Below are positions 50,101 to 62,910 of a stretch of 64,000 nt of DNA, in pieces. The notes under the pieces were generated by a model, which was not told the origin of the DNA, made no database searches, and saw only the letters and a list, made by a program, of their open reading frames with translations. This stretch comes from Bilabrum cf. latius (taxonomy: Eukaryota). A program made the position numbers and the translations under genes. The stretch covers positions 124,001 to 188,000 of the forward strand of contig OZ237747.1 of the NCBI GenBank assembly GCA_965178125.1, written 5' to 3'. Each line of letters begins with the position of its first letter. The stretch's first letter is position 1.

Positions 50101-52173
50101 CGTGTCCGTGCGGCCCGTCATGGCCATGGGGGACTGATCCTGCTCGCTGGCGGCCTTCTGCAGCTGCGCGTAGTATCGCTGCATGAGGAGGATCCGCAGG
50201 GCGGCAATGGACTTGCCGTCGTACCTGCGTGTCCTCCTAATCTGCCTGTAGTCCCACTGGTCGATGGTTGCCAGCATCGCGTTGGTGATCCTGTCCGGAG
50301 TCTCGTACAGCCGAGGCACCCCGTCTCGATCGAAGAACTGCTCCCTGCCCAGCAGCCAGAAGGTGTGCATCCACCCCTTGCCCTTAATGGGCACTCCATT
50401 CCTCGGCATGAGCGCGTACCTGTACACGCCTGACTCTTTGAGAATCCTGTAGGTGGACAGGTTCACCTGGATGCGGCCGGGGAGGCAGGAAGCCATCATC
50501 CTGGAGGACGTGTTCACCGCGTCCCCGAACAGCTTGAACCTGGGGTTCCTCGTGCCTACCACTCCCGCCATCACGCGCCCGCTGTTGATGCCTATCTTGA
50601 TGCGAAGCCCCTTGGCCGTGTGAGGGTCGAACTGCTGCTTGACCAGCTCACGAATGATGGGCATGGCGCGCTGCATGCCGATGGCCATCTCAGCCGCCCG
50701 CTCCGCGTGCAGTCGCGTCCTCTTGGGGCACCCCGCCGCCACGAGGTACTCCTCCGCCACCGTCTCCACCTTGTGTACTCCGGCCTTGTCCACCAGCTGG
50801 TCGAAGGCGGAGAACACCACGTTGAGCAGCTGCACCACCTTGGCGGGAGACATGCGCGCCGAGTACGCGTCAAAGTCGCAGATCCTGCAGAATACGATGG
50901 TCACCTCTTGGTACTCGTCCGCAATCAGCCGCTCCCCCTTCTTGAGGCGCTTCAAGATGTCCTCGGGCAGCATCGAGGCGAGCAACTGGTCGTACATCTT
51001 GCGCTCGCCCTTGAGGATCTGCTGGTCCACGATGATGCGGAAGCGGTTCAAGTAGGCGAGTCGCTGCGAAAACTCGAGCGTGTACCCGATGAAGCCGATC
51101 ACCAAGATGAAGAGCGCAAGAGTGCCGAAGAGCTCCCCGAAGACCGCCACCGTCGAGGCCTCCCGCTGCAGGTCCGACGCGTAGAAGGCTATGACATAAG
51201 ACAAAGTGAGCGTAACACACACCCCCGTGGAGTAGAAGAAGTCCACCGGTGAGAAGGAGTACAGGTACACGATGAGCAGCGCAAGTGTGCCGTAGCTGGG
51301 GTCCTCCCCAATGATGGCGTACGCGATCGTGCACCAACCGATCAACAGCCCAGGAAGAGCCAGCACCTACGAGTAAGGCTTGTAAAACGAGGTCAGGATG
51401 AACCCCAGGATAATCAGCGTGAGTGGGACGATGCCACAGAACCGAATCAAAAGAGCTGCGAGGGTGGAACCGATAGTGGCGAAGTGTAAGATGGCAGCAA
51501 TGCAAGTGCTGCAGGCACACAATGCGCACGCAGTACATATGCCAGCAAACTCACCCAACAACAGCTGGTTTCCGTCAAATCTGCTGAGGTCGTACACAAC
51601 AAGGCCAACATTGACGATCAGGAACACAACCGTGCTCAGCAGCACGAAATCCGTATAGTTGTGAGCGTTGCTACGAGCAAAGAGGTCGTTCAAATCGTTC
51701 AATAGCTCCGACGTTTTCTTGTCGTAGTACCGGAGAAGGTAAGGGGAGAGCTCTATGTCCCTGGGATTCGTGCTTGACGATATCTGCTGGAGCTCTCCGC
51801 TGCTACTGCGCTAATCTTCCCTACCACGACGGCCAGATCGGTTGCTTCCTGTGGAATCGCTTGATTCTGGGTTGCTCGACATGGTGCGGCGCTCTCTGGA
51901 AGCTCCTTGTCCAGACGCTTTCCGATCGGTTTTCACAGCTCGACTGCCAGAGTGCCGACTGTGTCGCTTCTTTCTGCTTCCTTGGCCAGATATACCTTTG
52001 TCTGTGATGAAATCAATTACATTTGGGAATGTACGGTATGGGGTGTTCTGCGGATGGCAGCGTGAGAGACGGCATTGGCGTCGCTCCGACCCGAACGCGC
52101 CCTCGGCCCAACCTGACACTTTGTTGAGCCAAGGAGCCGGTAAGAGTTCCCCTGAGGCATCGATATCAATCAT
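41140..52173 (-). CDS. Giant transmembrane class III nucleotidyl cyclase (two TM blocks, two catalytic domains; probable guanylyl cyclase); complement(join(41140..51455,51555..52173)), ~3,640 aa
   Basis: C1 (~50350-50920): VTIVFCRICDF, HKVETVAEEY, GINSG, RFKLFGDAVNTSSRM. C2 (~42150-42620): SILFTDLKGFT, KIELIGDAY, GVHSG, RYHLFGQSV. Eight ORF fragments in one frame joined by 10 TAG; stop TGA 41140-41142. Confidence 0.85.
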
Positions 52174-52513
52174 TTACAGCAATTGAACGTGAAACGCCAG
52201 GAAAATATGCAGAAAATGAGCAGCAGCCTCACCAACTGCTTCGGGGTGGACTCGAACTGCGCTTCCGTCCATCCAGTCGACCTTCAAAATAATATCCTGG
52301 CGAGTTGTGCCCACTCAGTGGTAGGCACAAATCTCAAGCCAGTCGAGGGGACAGGTTCAGGCGTCCCGTTTCCCTTGGATTGAAGTGCTTTTGGGTGCAC
52401 ACACGAATTATTTTGTGGCTGCTGGATTCGAGGTCGCATCTCTTGGTCGCAAAGATATGTCGCCCAGATTGCGGTGGGCTGACGGTGGCGTACACTGGCT
52501 CCAACGATTCGAT

Positions 52514-54604
52514 TTATCGAATTGAGCACAACTTAACGAGGTCCGCGAACGTCATGAGCGGCTCCTCCACTTTCACGCCCCCAAGTGTCCCCTCGCCTGA
52601 CCGCGGACTGCCTGCCGCTGTTCCGCTTGGGACCGCCCCCACCTCCTCGATGGCGGCCTGCGAGGCCCAGCGGCGGGCCAGCTACATCGCCTGGGGCAAG
52701 GTCACCGGGGGCAAACAGCCCGCTCTCCTCAGCCCCCATGCAAGTTCCGCAGCCGTGATCGCGCGGCGCCCCCCCCGGTCCATATCCCGGAACTGCTCCC
52801 TCAGCGAGAGGGGGTATGCGCCCAGGGACGAGGCGGCCCGCCGACGCAACTCCTAGTCGTGCCCCCCTGCTGCAGCCTAAGCACCTCCTCTATCTCCTGA
52901 GAGCAATTGCGCCGCCGCTGACGCTCTAGTGCCCCTTGCATCAGCCCAATCGTGGCCGAGGGAGCCTGAGTGCCCAGCCCCAGCCCCAGCCCCAGCCCCA
53001 GCCCCTGCGGCACGAAGCAGCTAGCTCGCGGTTGCAACCGCCCCACCATCCCTTGTCAGCTCACCAACCTCCCGCGCGAGGGCCTCTGCTTGTTCCCTGG
53101 AGGCGACCACGCCGTGCCTCCGCAGAATGTCCACCAGCTGGCCCGCCGTGGCCCGGCGGACCCCGCGGCTGTCAGCACTCGTCACATCGGCAAACGCCCG
53201 TCGCAGCGAGTCGCCTGTTGCACGGATAGCCAGAGCCTGCAGCAGGCCGGTCAAAGCCGTATCTGCACCGGCACGGTCTGCCTGTGCACCTTCCGCAGGT
53301 GGAGTCGGCGCGCTGGCGGGCTCCACTGGCGGTTGCAAACTAAGAGGCAAGCTTTCATTTGCGCCTGTGCCGGTTTCTGCTACTTTCTGCCGCTTCCATG
53401 TAGGGCCATCTGCGTTGCTTGTGCTTGGAGGTGGAACCGCGACGGCAGGACCCCATCGACCCCATCCTCGCCCGCTCGCCTCGGCCGGTCCCTACTCGGG
53501 CACAGCCTGCTGCATGAACCGGTTTAGCTCGCCGGGGGTGAGCAGCAGCAAGGGCACATCACCATAACCGGAATCTAAACCTTGTTCCCTCCCGGTCTCG
53601 GCCCGATCGAAGGGTGCCGAGAGGGTGCCACTGCCGCTGCTGCTGCTGCTGCCCCCGCCGGCAGTCGGCAGCTGTGGCGGCACGGCAGCACCCGACCCCC
53701 TCGGCAGCTGTGTCTTGGCGGAAGGAGTATAGGGCACGAGTATTCGAGCGAGGTCATGCAAATCGACCTGGCGGTGCATTCCCTCTCTCCGTAGACCGGC
53801 GGCCAGGTCCTCGAGAGAGAGGCGGGCATCGCTCCGGCGGCTGTACGAGAAGAAGACCTCCGCCGAGCTCGCATAGTGGCCCCGGAGCACCGACAGGACC
53901 TCGTCCAGCACGCCCGAGAGCTCTGCATCCTGCTCTCTGCGGGCACGAGCCCTAGACCGGATGGCATGGGACGACGTCTCTGAGCCCTTGGCGATGCGGC
54001 CTTCGCAGGTGTGGTACCGGCCCTCGAGCGCGCCGGTTAGTCCTGCGCACAGCTCCGTGTAATCGATTGCGCCTGCTGCTTGGGAGCTATACTTCTGCTG
54101 CATGGCCACTACTTCAGATGGCTACAGAAAAACGCCCGCATTTTGGGCGACATACGCGAAACAGCCTGCCGTCACGTGCCCAACCGACCTCTTGTCCACC
54201 CGTCTAAATGCTCGCGATGCTGTGGAGCCGAGACGGTCGTGCATTCCCATCCCAATAGCAACTTCTAGTGCGTAGATTTCTTGCTCACACAACCCCCTGC
54301 TGGCCTGTGAGCTTCGTTCCGGCGGCGAAAGCGTGTCAACTGCAACTGCCTGCAGCTTCAGGCCAGCCCCAGGCGCTCCACGAGAGTTATCCAGTTCGGT
54401 TCCAAGGCTCATATTTGTAGCAGGAAGTGACACAGGAAAATCAATTCGCGGTGCTGCAGAGCTTGCGATGAGTCGTAGCAGCCTCGACAGACAAGACCTG
54501 ATTTCTCGCGCAAGTATATGCGATTGCTCTGGGGTGATGTGGTACCGAGCGAGATCTCGCCGGAATCTAGTAAACTCCAGAACAAGTGGAGCATCGACAG
54601 ACAT
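52514..54604 (-). CDS. Multi-EF-hand-like (degenerate) protein, ~696 aa
   Basis: Segments AFRRVDKRSVGHVTAGCF, GAIDYTELC, LSLEDLAAGLRREG, LRRAFADV, LREQFRDMDRGGRRAITAAELAWGLRRAG. One frame with TAG at 54122, 53492, 53021, 52877, 52853, 52682; ends TAA 52514-52516. Confidence 0.65.
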
Positions 54605-55082
54605 GCGTACCGACTGCTGCAGCAGGCGACGCGGAGATTGGCAGGCCGATGGCACTCCGGTAGTGTGATCATGTTGCGACCGAGTGACTGGCAGATATGC
54701 ATGCCGCGGGGTGGCTGCAGGAGGCAGTCGGAGTGCATTGGTAGGCGATGCGTCAACACAGATGTTCGAAAGTATAATTGGACAACTTGAATCAAGCTCT
54801 CCCCAAGGGCACTTGGCCGGGGGTATACAGCCAGGCCGGCTGCGGTAGTCCGTTGCCTCGTGGCTGGGCCTAAACGAAACGTGCATGCTGCATCCTGCAA
54901 CCCGATGGCCCGCGAGTGTGACCTGCAGCAATGCACTTGAACGGATCATTCGAATCCTCCATCAAATAGACCCAGTCCCAGGCGGCGACCGCTTCATGCC
55001 GACCCGTCTGCCCCTTGTCACTCGTCCTGCTCGTCGCTTGCGGCAGACCAGAACCAGGCAAGTGCCCCGTGGGCGCGCATTA

Positions 55083-55131
55083 CATTGCATTGCATTGCAT
55101 TGCATTGCATTGCATTGCATTGCATTGCATT
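55083..55131. repeat. (CATTG)n pentanucleotide microsatellite, ~10 copies, just downstream of the Rab gene
   Basis: Direct reading of 55083-55131. Confidence 0.95.
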
Positions 55132-55167
55132 CGCTCTCTCTCTCGCCGCCTCCCCAGAACACCAACA

Positions 55168-56216
55168 TCAGCAGCACTTGCTGTCGGGCTCCGGCGGCCT
55201 GGTGATGAGCTTGCTGTCCCTCTTGGGCGGCGCCCTGGACCGCTTGGGCACCCTCCTGGCGAGCTCGGTGAACAGGTCCGTCACCTTGTCGCCCGTCTTG
55301 GCGCTCGTCTCCACGTAAAACAAACCGGTCGAGTCCGCGTACTCGCGGGCCTCGTCGGCTGATACCTTGCGGCTGTCTGCTAAGTCGCTCTTGTTCCCTA
55401 CCACTGCGCGCAGGGGGAGTGGGGATCACGGGCGTCCAGCGTGGTGGAGCATGCAGGAGGGTGCACTGCACGGCTGACTTGGGGAGGGCGCTGCCCGCAC
55501 ACCGATGGGATGCGCAGCAAAATGACTGATGGCAATAATTCGAGTTTTCTCACGCGCAATGGTCACTCCAGGCTCTGCGTGTCGTTCCAAATCCTGCACC
55601 CATCGCTTGGCCCCATCAAACGTTTGAGGATCCGTGATATTGAATACTACCGCAGCCGCGACGGCATTTCTATAGTACATTGGTGCAATTGATCTATATC
55701 TTTCTGCGAACCGAATGGCACACGAACGATTGAGGGTGGTGTGTTGACCGTTGCCACGCCATGGACCTGCAGGCGTGCAGCCGCCACGTCTCACCTTGTC
55801 CCGCAGTATCCCACAACTCTAGCTTGATTGTCGTTCCATCTTCGAGACCAACGTCGCAAGAATGGAATGCAGCTGCGAAACGAGGATAGCGACCGCAGCA
55901 TATGGCCAATAAAGTCTCCCACAAAGTACCCAAAGCAAGCTGCTTGCCAGGAATGGGATTCATGCTTACCTCCAATGGTGGGATCTGCGCACAAAGTAAG
56001 GAGTGAACATTTTAGAATTACTGTGTTGCTATATACCCTCCTGACAGATGACATATGTGATTCAATGGCAAGCCAACCGCAAGCCTTCAGACTTATCTTA
56101 CCCTGGTCTGGGTCAAACTCATCACGAACCATTCGTTGAACGAGGCAAGACTTTCCAACGCCGGCATTCCCAACAATCACCACTTTACATGAGAACGATG
56201 ATCCTGCAGCTGCCAT
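55168..56216 (-). CDS. Rab5-family small GTPase; complement(join(55168..55403,55554..55703,55795..55872,55970..55984,56102..56216)), ~197 aa
   Basis: [45 protein letters not shown], ETSAK and C-terminal CC; four GT-AG introns (117, 97, 91, 150 nt) with consistent phases; stop TGA. Confidence 0.9.
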
Positions 56217-56396
56217 GGTGTTTCGTACAATGTCCAACCTCGCCTCTCGGCTCGTTCTAGAACCACACGTTACAAAGTTGAGGCGGCCCAGATTGTATTC
56301 TGATCTCTGCAGACGGCCACTTTGCAAATATACCTCTCAACATGCGCTCAATCACGCCTCAAATCACACACGTCCGTGGGTACCCTGAAGACTCAG

Positions 56397-57362
56397 TCAA
56401 TCGCCGCACTCGTTGGCAGCCGGAAGGCTCTGCACCCCGTCCAAGCTCACGCTCCCTGAGCCATCAGGGGATTCATTCTCGCTCGATGCATCTTCCACTG
56501 GCCCGCCTGCAGAAACCTCCTCTTCCTCCCCTTCTTTTCCCCCTTCTCCTCCTCCCTCCCCCTCCAGTACCAGTGGAGCAACCCCCTCATCCAGCGACGT
56601 CCCAGGCTCACTCTCATTTTCACCTTCACTCTCACCCTCATCCTCACTCTCATCCTTGGCAGTTCCGCTGCCATCCGCTGCACTTCCCCGCTCCCCACGG
56701 GCCGCTACTGCTGCCTTCAGCTTCCCTAGCCGGGCCGCGGCGGTTGTCGCGTCCACGCACCAGCACACGGCCACACCCGACAACAACAGCAGCAGCGGCA
56801 GCGACACCATCAGCGAGATGAAGGCCCCGCCCTCGTCGCAGTAGGGCTACGACGCCAGCTTCTAGGTATGCTGCCTGCATGCATCGTTCAGCACAGGTGC
56901 CGCCAGAATGGTTGCCGCCAAAGCTAGAAACAGGACTGTTTGCGCCGTCGGCATGCGAATCAGGGCCACAGCCAGGGCGAGGATGACAACGTGGAAGACC
57001 AAGATACAAATAATGAACGGTTCCGTCCAATCGATGGCATGAATAAATGCCATAGCCTCGTCATACACGCCAGTCGTCGGTCCCTGATTGGAGAGCTTGA
57101 TGCCGTCCGGAGCACCTTGCATAATGTCTATCCCGGCGGGAATGCCAGGCACTGGCTACCCGTTATTTCTTCCAACGTCCGCTTTACGAGCCTGTATCAC
57201 ACCTGAAGGTACGAATGCCTGGAACAGAGCAGCTTTGGCCTCTTCATGCGCCTACGAGAGCGCATCCATCCAAGAGCTCGCTTCGGAGCCCCCATCCGCT
57301 GCGCTCGCCGCGACAGCAACACACGCGACGAGCAAGTATGGACTCATCCACCATCGAAGCAT
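56397..57362 (-). CDS. TMEM18-like membrane protein, ~321 aa
   Basis: AFIHAIDWTEPFI..ILVFH, LN...HT[TAG]KLAS[TAG]PYCDEGGAFISLMVSLPLL, matching the TMEM18 pattern DWxEP...QxYxDxxGxFIS. TAG at 57252, 57156, 56862, 56847; stop TGA. Confidence 0.8.
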
Positions 57363-57497
57363 GATTTGCGACGCCACGCTACGACTGTGCGGCAAATAGA
57401 ATCAATCGAAATGAACTTCTCGTTCGGCTGACGCATTAAACCGGAACCGCTACCACGCGCCTGAGCAACCTGAAAGAAGAATAGATCTAGTACTGGC

Positions 57498-60400
57498 TCA
57501 ATACGCACCCCGGTATCCCAGGTGCGATCCAGCACCGTGGCCCGCATGGCTCGCCAGGCTGGCAGTGCTGCTGGCCGCCGCACCGCCTCCCACCCCGCCA
57601 TTGCCACGGCCGGGCCCCATCTTCGAGCTGCCCACCCAACCCCTCCCCCTCCCCCTCCCTGCCTCTGCATCGCCACCTGCCCTGGTCGGGGCTCGGCCTG
57701 GGGCCAGTCCGAACCCCCTGGGCTACGAGTGGCGCGCTGCATCCACCGCTTGCCCCTCGCCCGAGCCTTGCTCTCCCCCCCTCCACCCCCGCCCCATGGC
57801 GCCTGTGGCACCACCACCGCCAGGGCCCGCGGGAGCTCGCTGCCCACCCACGGGCACGGGCATGCCAGAATTCCCCGCGCCTTGCGAACCAGAGCCAGCG
57901 ATGCCGCTGCGCCCAGACCGAGATGGAGTGTAGCCGTTGTGCCCAGGCTCCGCCACGGCACCGCGCACACGCCCCCCTTCACCTTCACCTTCCTCGTCCT
58001 CCCGCGGGTCCGTCTGCTGCTTCCTGCTCGGACTCAGGCTCGGGCTCGGGCTCCTTGCGGCCAGCACGCCCTCAGAGAACAACGAGCGATCCCTCTCTGA
58101 CAATGCCCACAGCTCGATCGACAGCGACACGGGCACACGAGCGGTACCACCGCGCGATGCACCCTCACCCCCACCCTCACCCTCCACCTCCACCTCCACG
58201 GCGGCCTCCAGCAGGACACCCCACTGGAAGGCAGCCTCCAGCCCGGCCCACGAAGAGGCAGCGGCACCGGGCGTGTCTCTGCTCTTTCTGCCGGCCTGTC
58301 TCTCGAGGAAGGACTCGGTCAGCCCTCCGGCCCCCTCGATGGCCGCCAGTCGAGAGAGACCCGCCAGCGGGAGCTGCCCGCGCACTGCCTTGCCGCCATC
58401 GCGCCCGGGCTCCTCCTCGGCACTCCAGCGCAGCACAGCCCCTGCCCCCGCCCCTGCCCCTGCAGAGCCAGAGCCATCTGCCACCGACACGCGCACCACC
58501 CTGGGTTGCTTGCTTCCGTCCTTGCGACCGAGGGGCGTGGACAGGGAGAGTCCGAAGGTTCGCCGCGCCGCCTTGGCTGCAGCCTTGCTCTTGCACCTCA
58601 CGCGGTAGTCGGTGCAAGCCATGAGCATACCGCCACGCATTGACCTCAAGGCCCCGGCCTCCGCTGAGTCCTCGCGCCCGACTAGTGCACCGCCGTCCCC
58701 ATCTCCAGTAGGCTGCTACCAGCCCAGCGCGCCACCATCGGCAGCAGGACCTGCTCCAGCCTGTGCTCGGCTGCTCGATCCGGGACTCAAGCCCTCGGGT
58801 CCCCCGCTCTCTCCACGCACCTTCCCCAGCGCCCCATCCCCCAGCCCGCCGCCGTGCACAGACTGCCTGGAGCCGTTCATGATTGCCTCCGAGGCAGCCT
58901 TCACGTTGGCCTCGATGGCTCGCAGGGCGCTGAGCACATCTCCCGCCGGGCTAGAGGGGCCTGTCTCCGCACCGCTGCCGGTGGTGCTGGGTCCCGCTGT
59001 CCCCCCCCCATGTCTCGAGGGAGTGCCCCCCCTAGGAGCATGGTCCCAGGGCAGCTCGGGCGCATGTGCCCCTGAGTGCCCCTCCTCCCCATGCTTGACG
59101 TGCTGCCCACGCGCAGGTGCAGGTGCATATTTGCTCCCTGGTGACGGCTCGCCCGCGCGTTTGGAGCGGGGAGAGGACACCGGAGAAGGAGACCAGGGCA
59201 GCGGGGATGCCCCGCGCTCGCTCGCCTACCGACCCCGGCTGTCGATTCCTCGGCGGCTCCCCGGTGTCTGAGCCTGGGCCTGTGCCCTGTCCCTGGCTCT
59301 CGCCTACCTGTTCGCCTTGATGCGTCGGAGCTGTTCCCTGAGCGCCCTCTCCTCCTCGCCCTCCTCGTCGTCGTCCTCATACTCGTCCGGACCTGCCCCT
59401 GCCCCTGCCCCTGCCCCTCGCTGCTCCATCATCGATGCATCAGGGCTGCCGCGCGACAGTGCACCGCTCCAGTCACGGCGCGACAATCGCTGTTCCTCCT
59501 CGGCAGAGCTGGGCCCCCACGGCCCCCGCCCGAGCTCCCTCTACCTCTCCCCGTCCCGCGCTCCGTGGTTATGCGCGAAGGACACCCCGGGAGAGGTGAA
59601 TGAGCCGAGGATGTCGCCCTCATCTTCGCCCTCGTCTGCGTCTTCACCGTCGCCTCCACCCTCGCCCATCCCCCCGAAGGCCCCCCCTCGAGATGCAGCT
59701 CCCGCCCCCCTCGAGCCCCGTGTCCCCGTCCCCGTCTCCCTCCTCGTCCTCCTGCCAGCCCCCCTCGCCCTCCCGGCGTCCGACTCCGTCGCATCCAGAG
59801 CAGACAGCGAGGCACCCAGGGACAGCTGCTCCGCCCGCGCTGCCCTCTCCTGCTCCTGGGCCTTCCTCAGCCTCAGGACCCTCAGCGCATCCGAAGGGGA
59901 CGCGCCCATGGAGGCCTCGCCCTCCCTCAGCGCCTCGTGCACGCGCCGCGCCGTAGCCGCGTCCTCGTCCTCACCCTCGCCCTCGTACTCGAGGTGGTCC
60001 GCGCCCGACACCCCCGCTCGGCGGTCCGATCTGCTGCCGGCCCGCCGCGACCGCGACCGCGACCTGGATCTCTAGCCTATCCCGGCCACTCGCTGCAGGA
60101 AATCTGCCGCGTCGTCGGGGCTGCTGGGGAACACGAGGAAGGTGTCTCCGAGCGGGGACACCGCGGCTGCTGCTGGGGAAGCAATGCCCAGGGCACCTTG
60201 CAGCCGGGCGTACCCCGCCGCTGAAGGGTGTGACGAGTGGACCACGGAAGCGGTGCCTGCCCCGTTCGGCTGCTGCTGCTGCTGATACTGCGGATGGTGC
60301 TGCGGATGGTGCTGAGCGTGGGGATGCTGTGCAGACGGGTCACCCCCGCGCGTACCCCACGGCCCTGTTTGGCTGGCAGAGTCACCCGCCCACAGGCCAG

Positions 60401-62015
60401 ACGCAGCCCCCACTGACAGTGCAGACGAGCCCCCAGCCTGGGGCACGAGCCCCGGGGTACCCCCCGGGCGATAACCAGGCTACCAGCTGCCGTGCACTTG
60501 CCCCTGCCCCTGCCCCTGCACCTGCAGAGGCCCACCAACAGCTGCACTGCCCGCATCGAAGGCAGACCCCACACTGGTGCCTCCTGCACCGCCTGTTCCC
60601 ACCCAGCTCCCGTGCGGCGAGCTTCCCTGCAGCGTCCCCGGCCCAACTCCACCATGGGGCACGTGCACCCTCAGGTTGCTGGTGCTGACTCCCTGACCGT
60701 TCTCCCCTGCACCAGCAGCAGCAGCAGCAGCAGCAGCCGGCCCTTGGCCTTGCAGGAACATGGGCTGCCAGGCACCGCCGGGCTGGCTCGAGGGCTAAAG
60801 CCGCTGCTGACCCTGACCCTGACCCTGACCCTGACCCTGCTCGTGTTGCTGTTGCTGCAGCATTGCGGAGGGAACAGGGACCATGACCCGCTCTCCACTG
60901 GCCGTGGTCGTGGGAACCATCACGTGCCCGGGCGGCAACTGGAACGAACCGTCGTGCGATGCACCTGGGGACGCAGATGGCTTCACCGTTGCTGGATCCT
61001 AGGTTGGGTTGCGCACCGCCGGCGGCTTGCTAGCCGGGGCGAGGGGGCCCATGGGCTCCTCGCTGCCGGCCTGATTCTGTCCCTGTCCTTGCGCCTGCGC
61101 CTGCGGGGTGCCCGGGCCCAGCACGGGGGGGGCCTAGCCGGCCGGAGGGGGGGGTGCTGCGGTGCTCCCCCCCCCTGCGGGCTACCACTGAGGAGCGGCG
61201 TCCTGCGCGGCTGGTACCGGCGCTGGCGTGGGCTTGCCCCCAGGAGGGGGTCCCTTGCCCCCCGGTGGCTTCCCGCGCTTGGGGGCGGACCCAGGCGGCT
61301 TGCCCTTGCCCTTGCCTTTCTTCTTGCCCTTCGGCTTGGGCTTGGACTTTCCACGGCCTGCCTTCTTGCCAGACAGACCGTCGGCCCCGGCCTCACCTCC
61401 CTTCCGCGATCGCTTGGAGCCCTTCGTCTTCCTGGGCGCCGGGGTTGGGGCGGGGCCGCCGTCGGAGTCATCGTCGCTGCTGCTCGCGGGGGGCATCCCG
61501 TCCGAGTCGGAGTCGGAGTCCATGCCAGCTAGCTTCAGCAATCCACCACCACCCATGGCATTCGCACCCGCTCCAAACAGATTGGCCTTGCCGTCTGCCT
61601 TGCCTGTGATGAGTCGGCTCGCATCCGTGTCAGCTTTCGGCGCCGGCGCAGGAGCGGGTGCTGGCGCTGGCGCTCCAAAAGAGATGGCCGGGGCATCATC
61701 CCCGAAGTCAAGCAATGGGGGCCCATCTTCCGTAAAGTCCAGAGTCCCCACTGGATCAGCAGCCGGAGCCTCGGCAGGCGTCTCATCTTCCTTCGGCTTG
61801 TCTGGCTTCTTGCTGCTACCAAAGAGACCAAATCCCCACCCACGAGACTTTTTTGCATCTGCCTATGCCTAATCTTTCTTTGCCTGCGCCTCGCTTGCTT
61901 TTGCGAGCGACGCCGCGTACCCACTAGTGTTTTGCTAGGCCGGTGCAGGCGCCGGGGCATCGCCACCAAAGGAAGGGGCATCATCCGTAAAATCCAGCAT
62001 GCCGAAATCCGACAT
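57498..62015 (-). CDS. Large low-complexity protein of unknown function with possible C-terminal PH-like domain, ~1,505 aa
   Basis: Eight ORF fragments in one frame joined by ~14 TAG; ATG 62015 preceded by an in-frame TGA; stop TGA 57498-57500. Segment VLRWS...RGQLPLAGL...LSIELWALSERDRSLFSEGV is PH-like (weak). Confidence 0.6.
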
Positions 62016-62210
62016 GAAAACTCACTTATCCTTTAGAGAGCTGCTTTGGTCTCGGCACCAAAAGCCAGCAAGTGTGGCTGGTCGGGAATGGGGTGGTTCG
62101 TTCAGCTCTTGGGTTCCTTCTAGGTTCGTTGGGTTCGCTCGCTTCTGTGCGACCGGTTGCGACCGCATGATAGAGGCGAGCACGATTCTAAGCCTGGCAT
62201 ACTGAGCGCT

Positions 62211-62717
62211 ATGGAGGAGGACAAAATGAAGGAGCACATAACAGGCTTAGAAGAAACTATCCAAAGCTTGCGTCTACGGCTTCGGCAAGCCCTTGGGCGA
62301 GCATGCGAGGCGGAACGCAACGCTCGCCTTGCAGGCGCCGAGCTGACAGCAGTCTTGGCCTACTGCGGTCCAGATCATCCAATTCACCAGATTTTTTCGC
62401 AGCCAATCGAAATAAAAGGGAACTTAGAAACGTAGATCCCGCGCAAGCTTACGTTTGACGAGGCTGTTGCAAGTTCAGGCCGGCAGCAGCTGCGTCCGAC
62501 ATCCAAGAAGCTCGCCGCCCTTGCTCGTGAGGTAGCCGTATCGCCTCGCAAGGTCGCGGCAGCCAGGGCAATGAAACATCGCGAGGAAATATTCTCTCCA
62601 AGCACGACCTCCGGATCTGGAGCTGGTGGCGGTTCGCCAGGGCTGGAGGCGAGCACCGCTGCATCGGTTGAGGTTACGGTGCACTCTGGAGTCGCAGAAA
62701 GCGTTGTTCCTGTTTGA
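62211..62717 (+). CDS. Small coiled-coil protein of unknown function, ~168 aa
   Basis: MEEDKMKEHITGLEETIQSLRLRLRQAL heptad pattern; one TAG at 62433; stop TGA 62715-62717; divergent from the previous gene. Confidence 0.5.
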
Positions 62718-62910
62718 ATATGCAATATTGGTCGACTGTAGGGGCATCGATAGATTCAAGAGGTCTTTGCAGCGCCGAAGGACGTCTCGTTGGCTGTAGG
62801 GAAGACTCGAGAGGACGAGCAACGATTGACACTGCGACTGAGACATCGTGGCTGAGTACTCTGCGTATTGATCATAGTGTGATATTAATGTCCTTTTATA
62901 TGCAAACAGG

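Noticed and set aside
54605-54949. Upstream extension of the EF-hand ORF to ATG 54949
   Set aside because: Translation looks non-protein-like; ATG 54604 preferred, though not proven.
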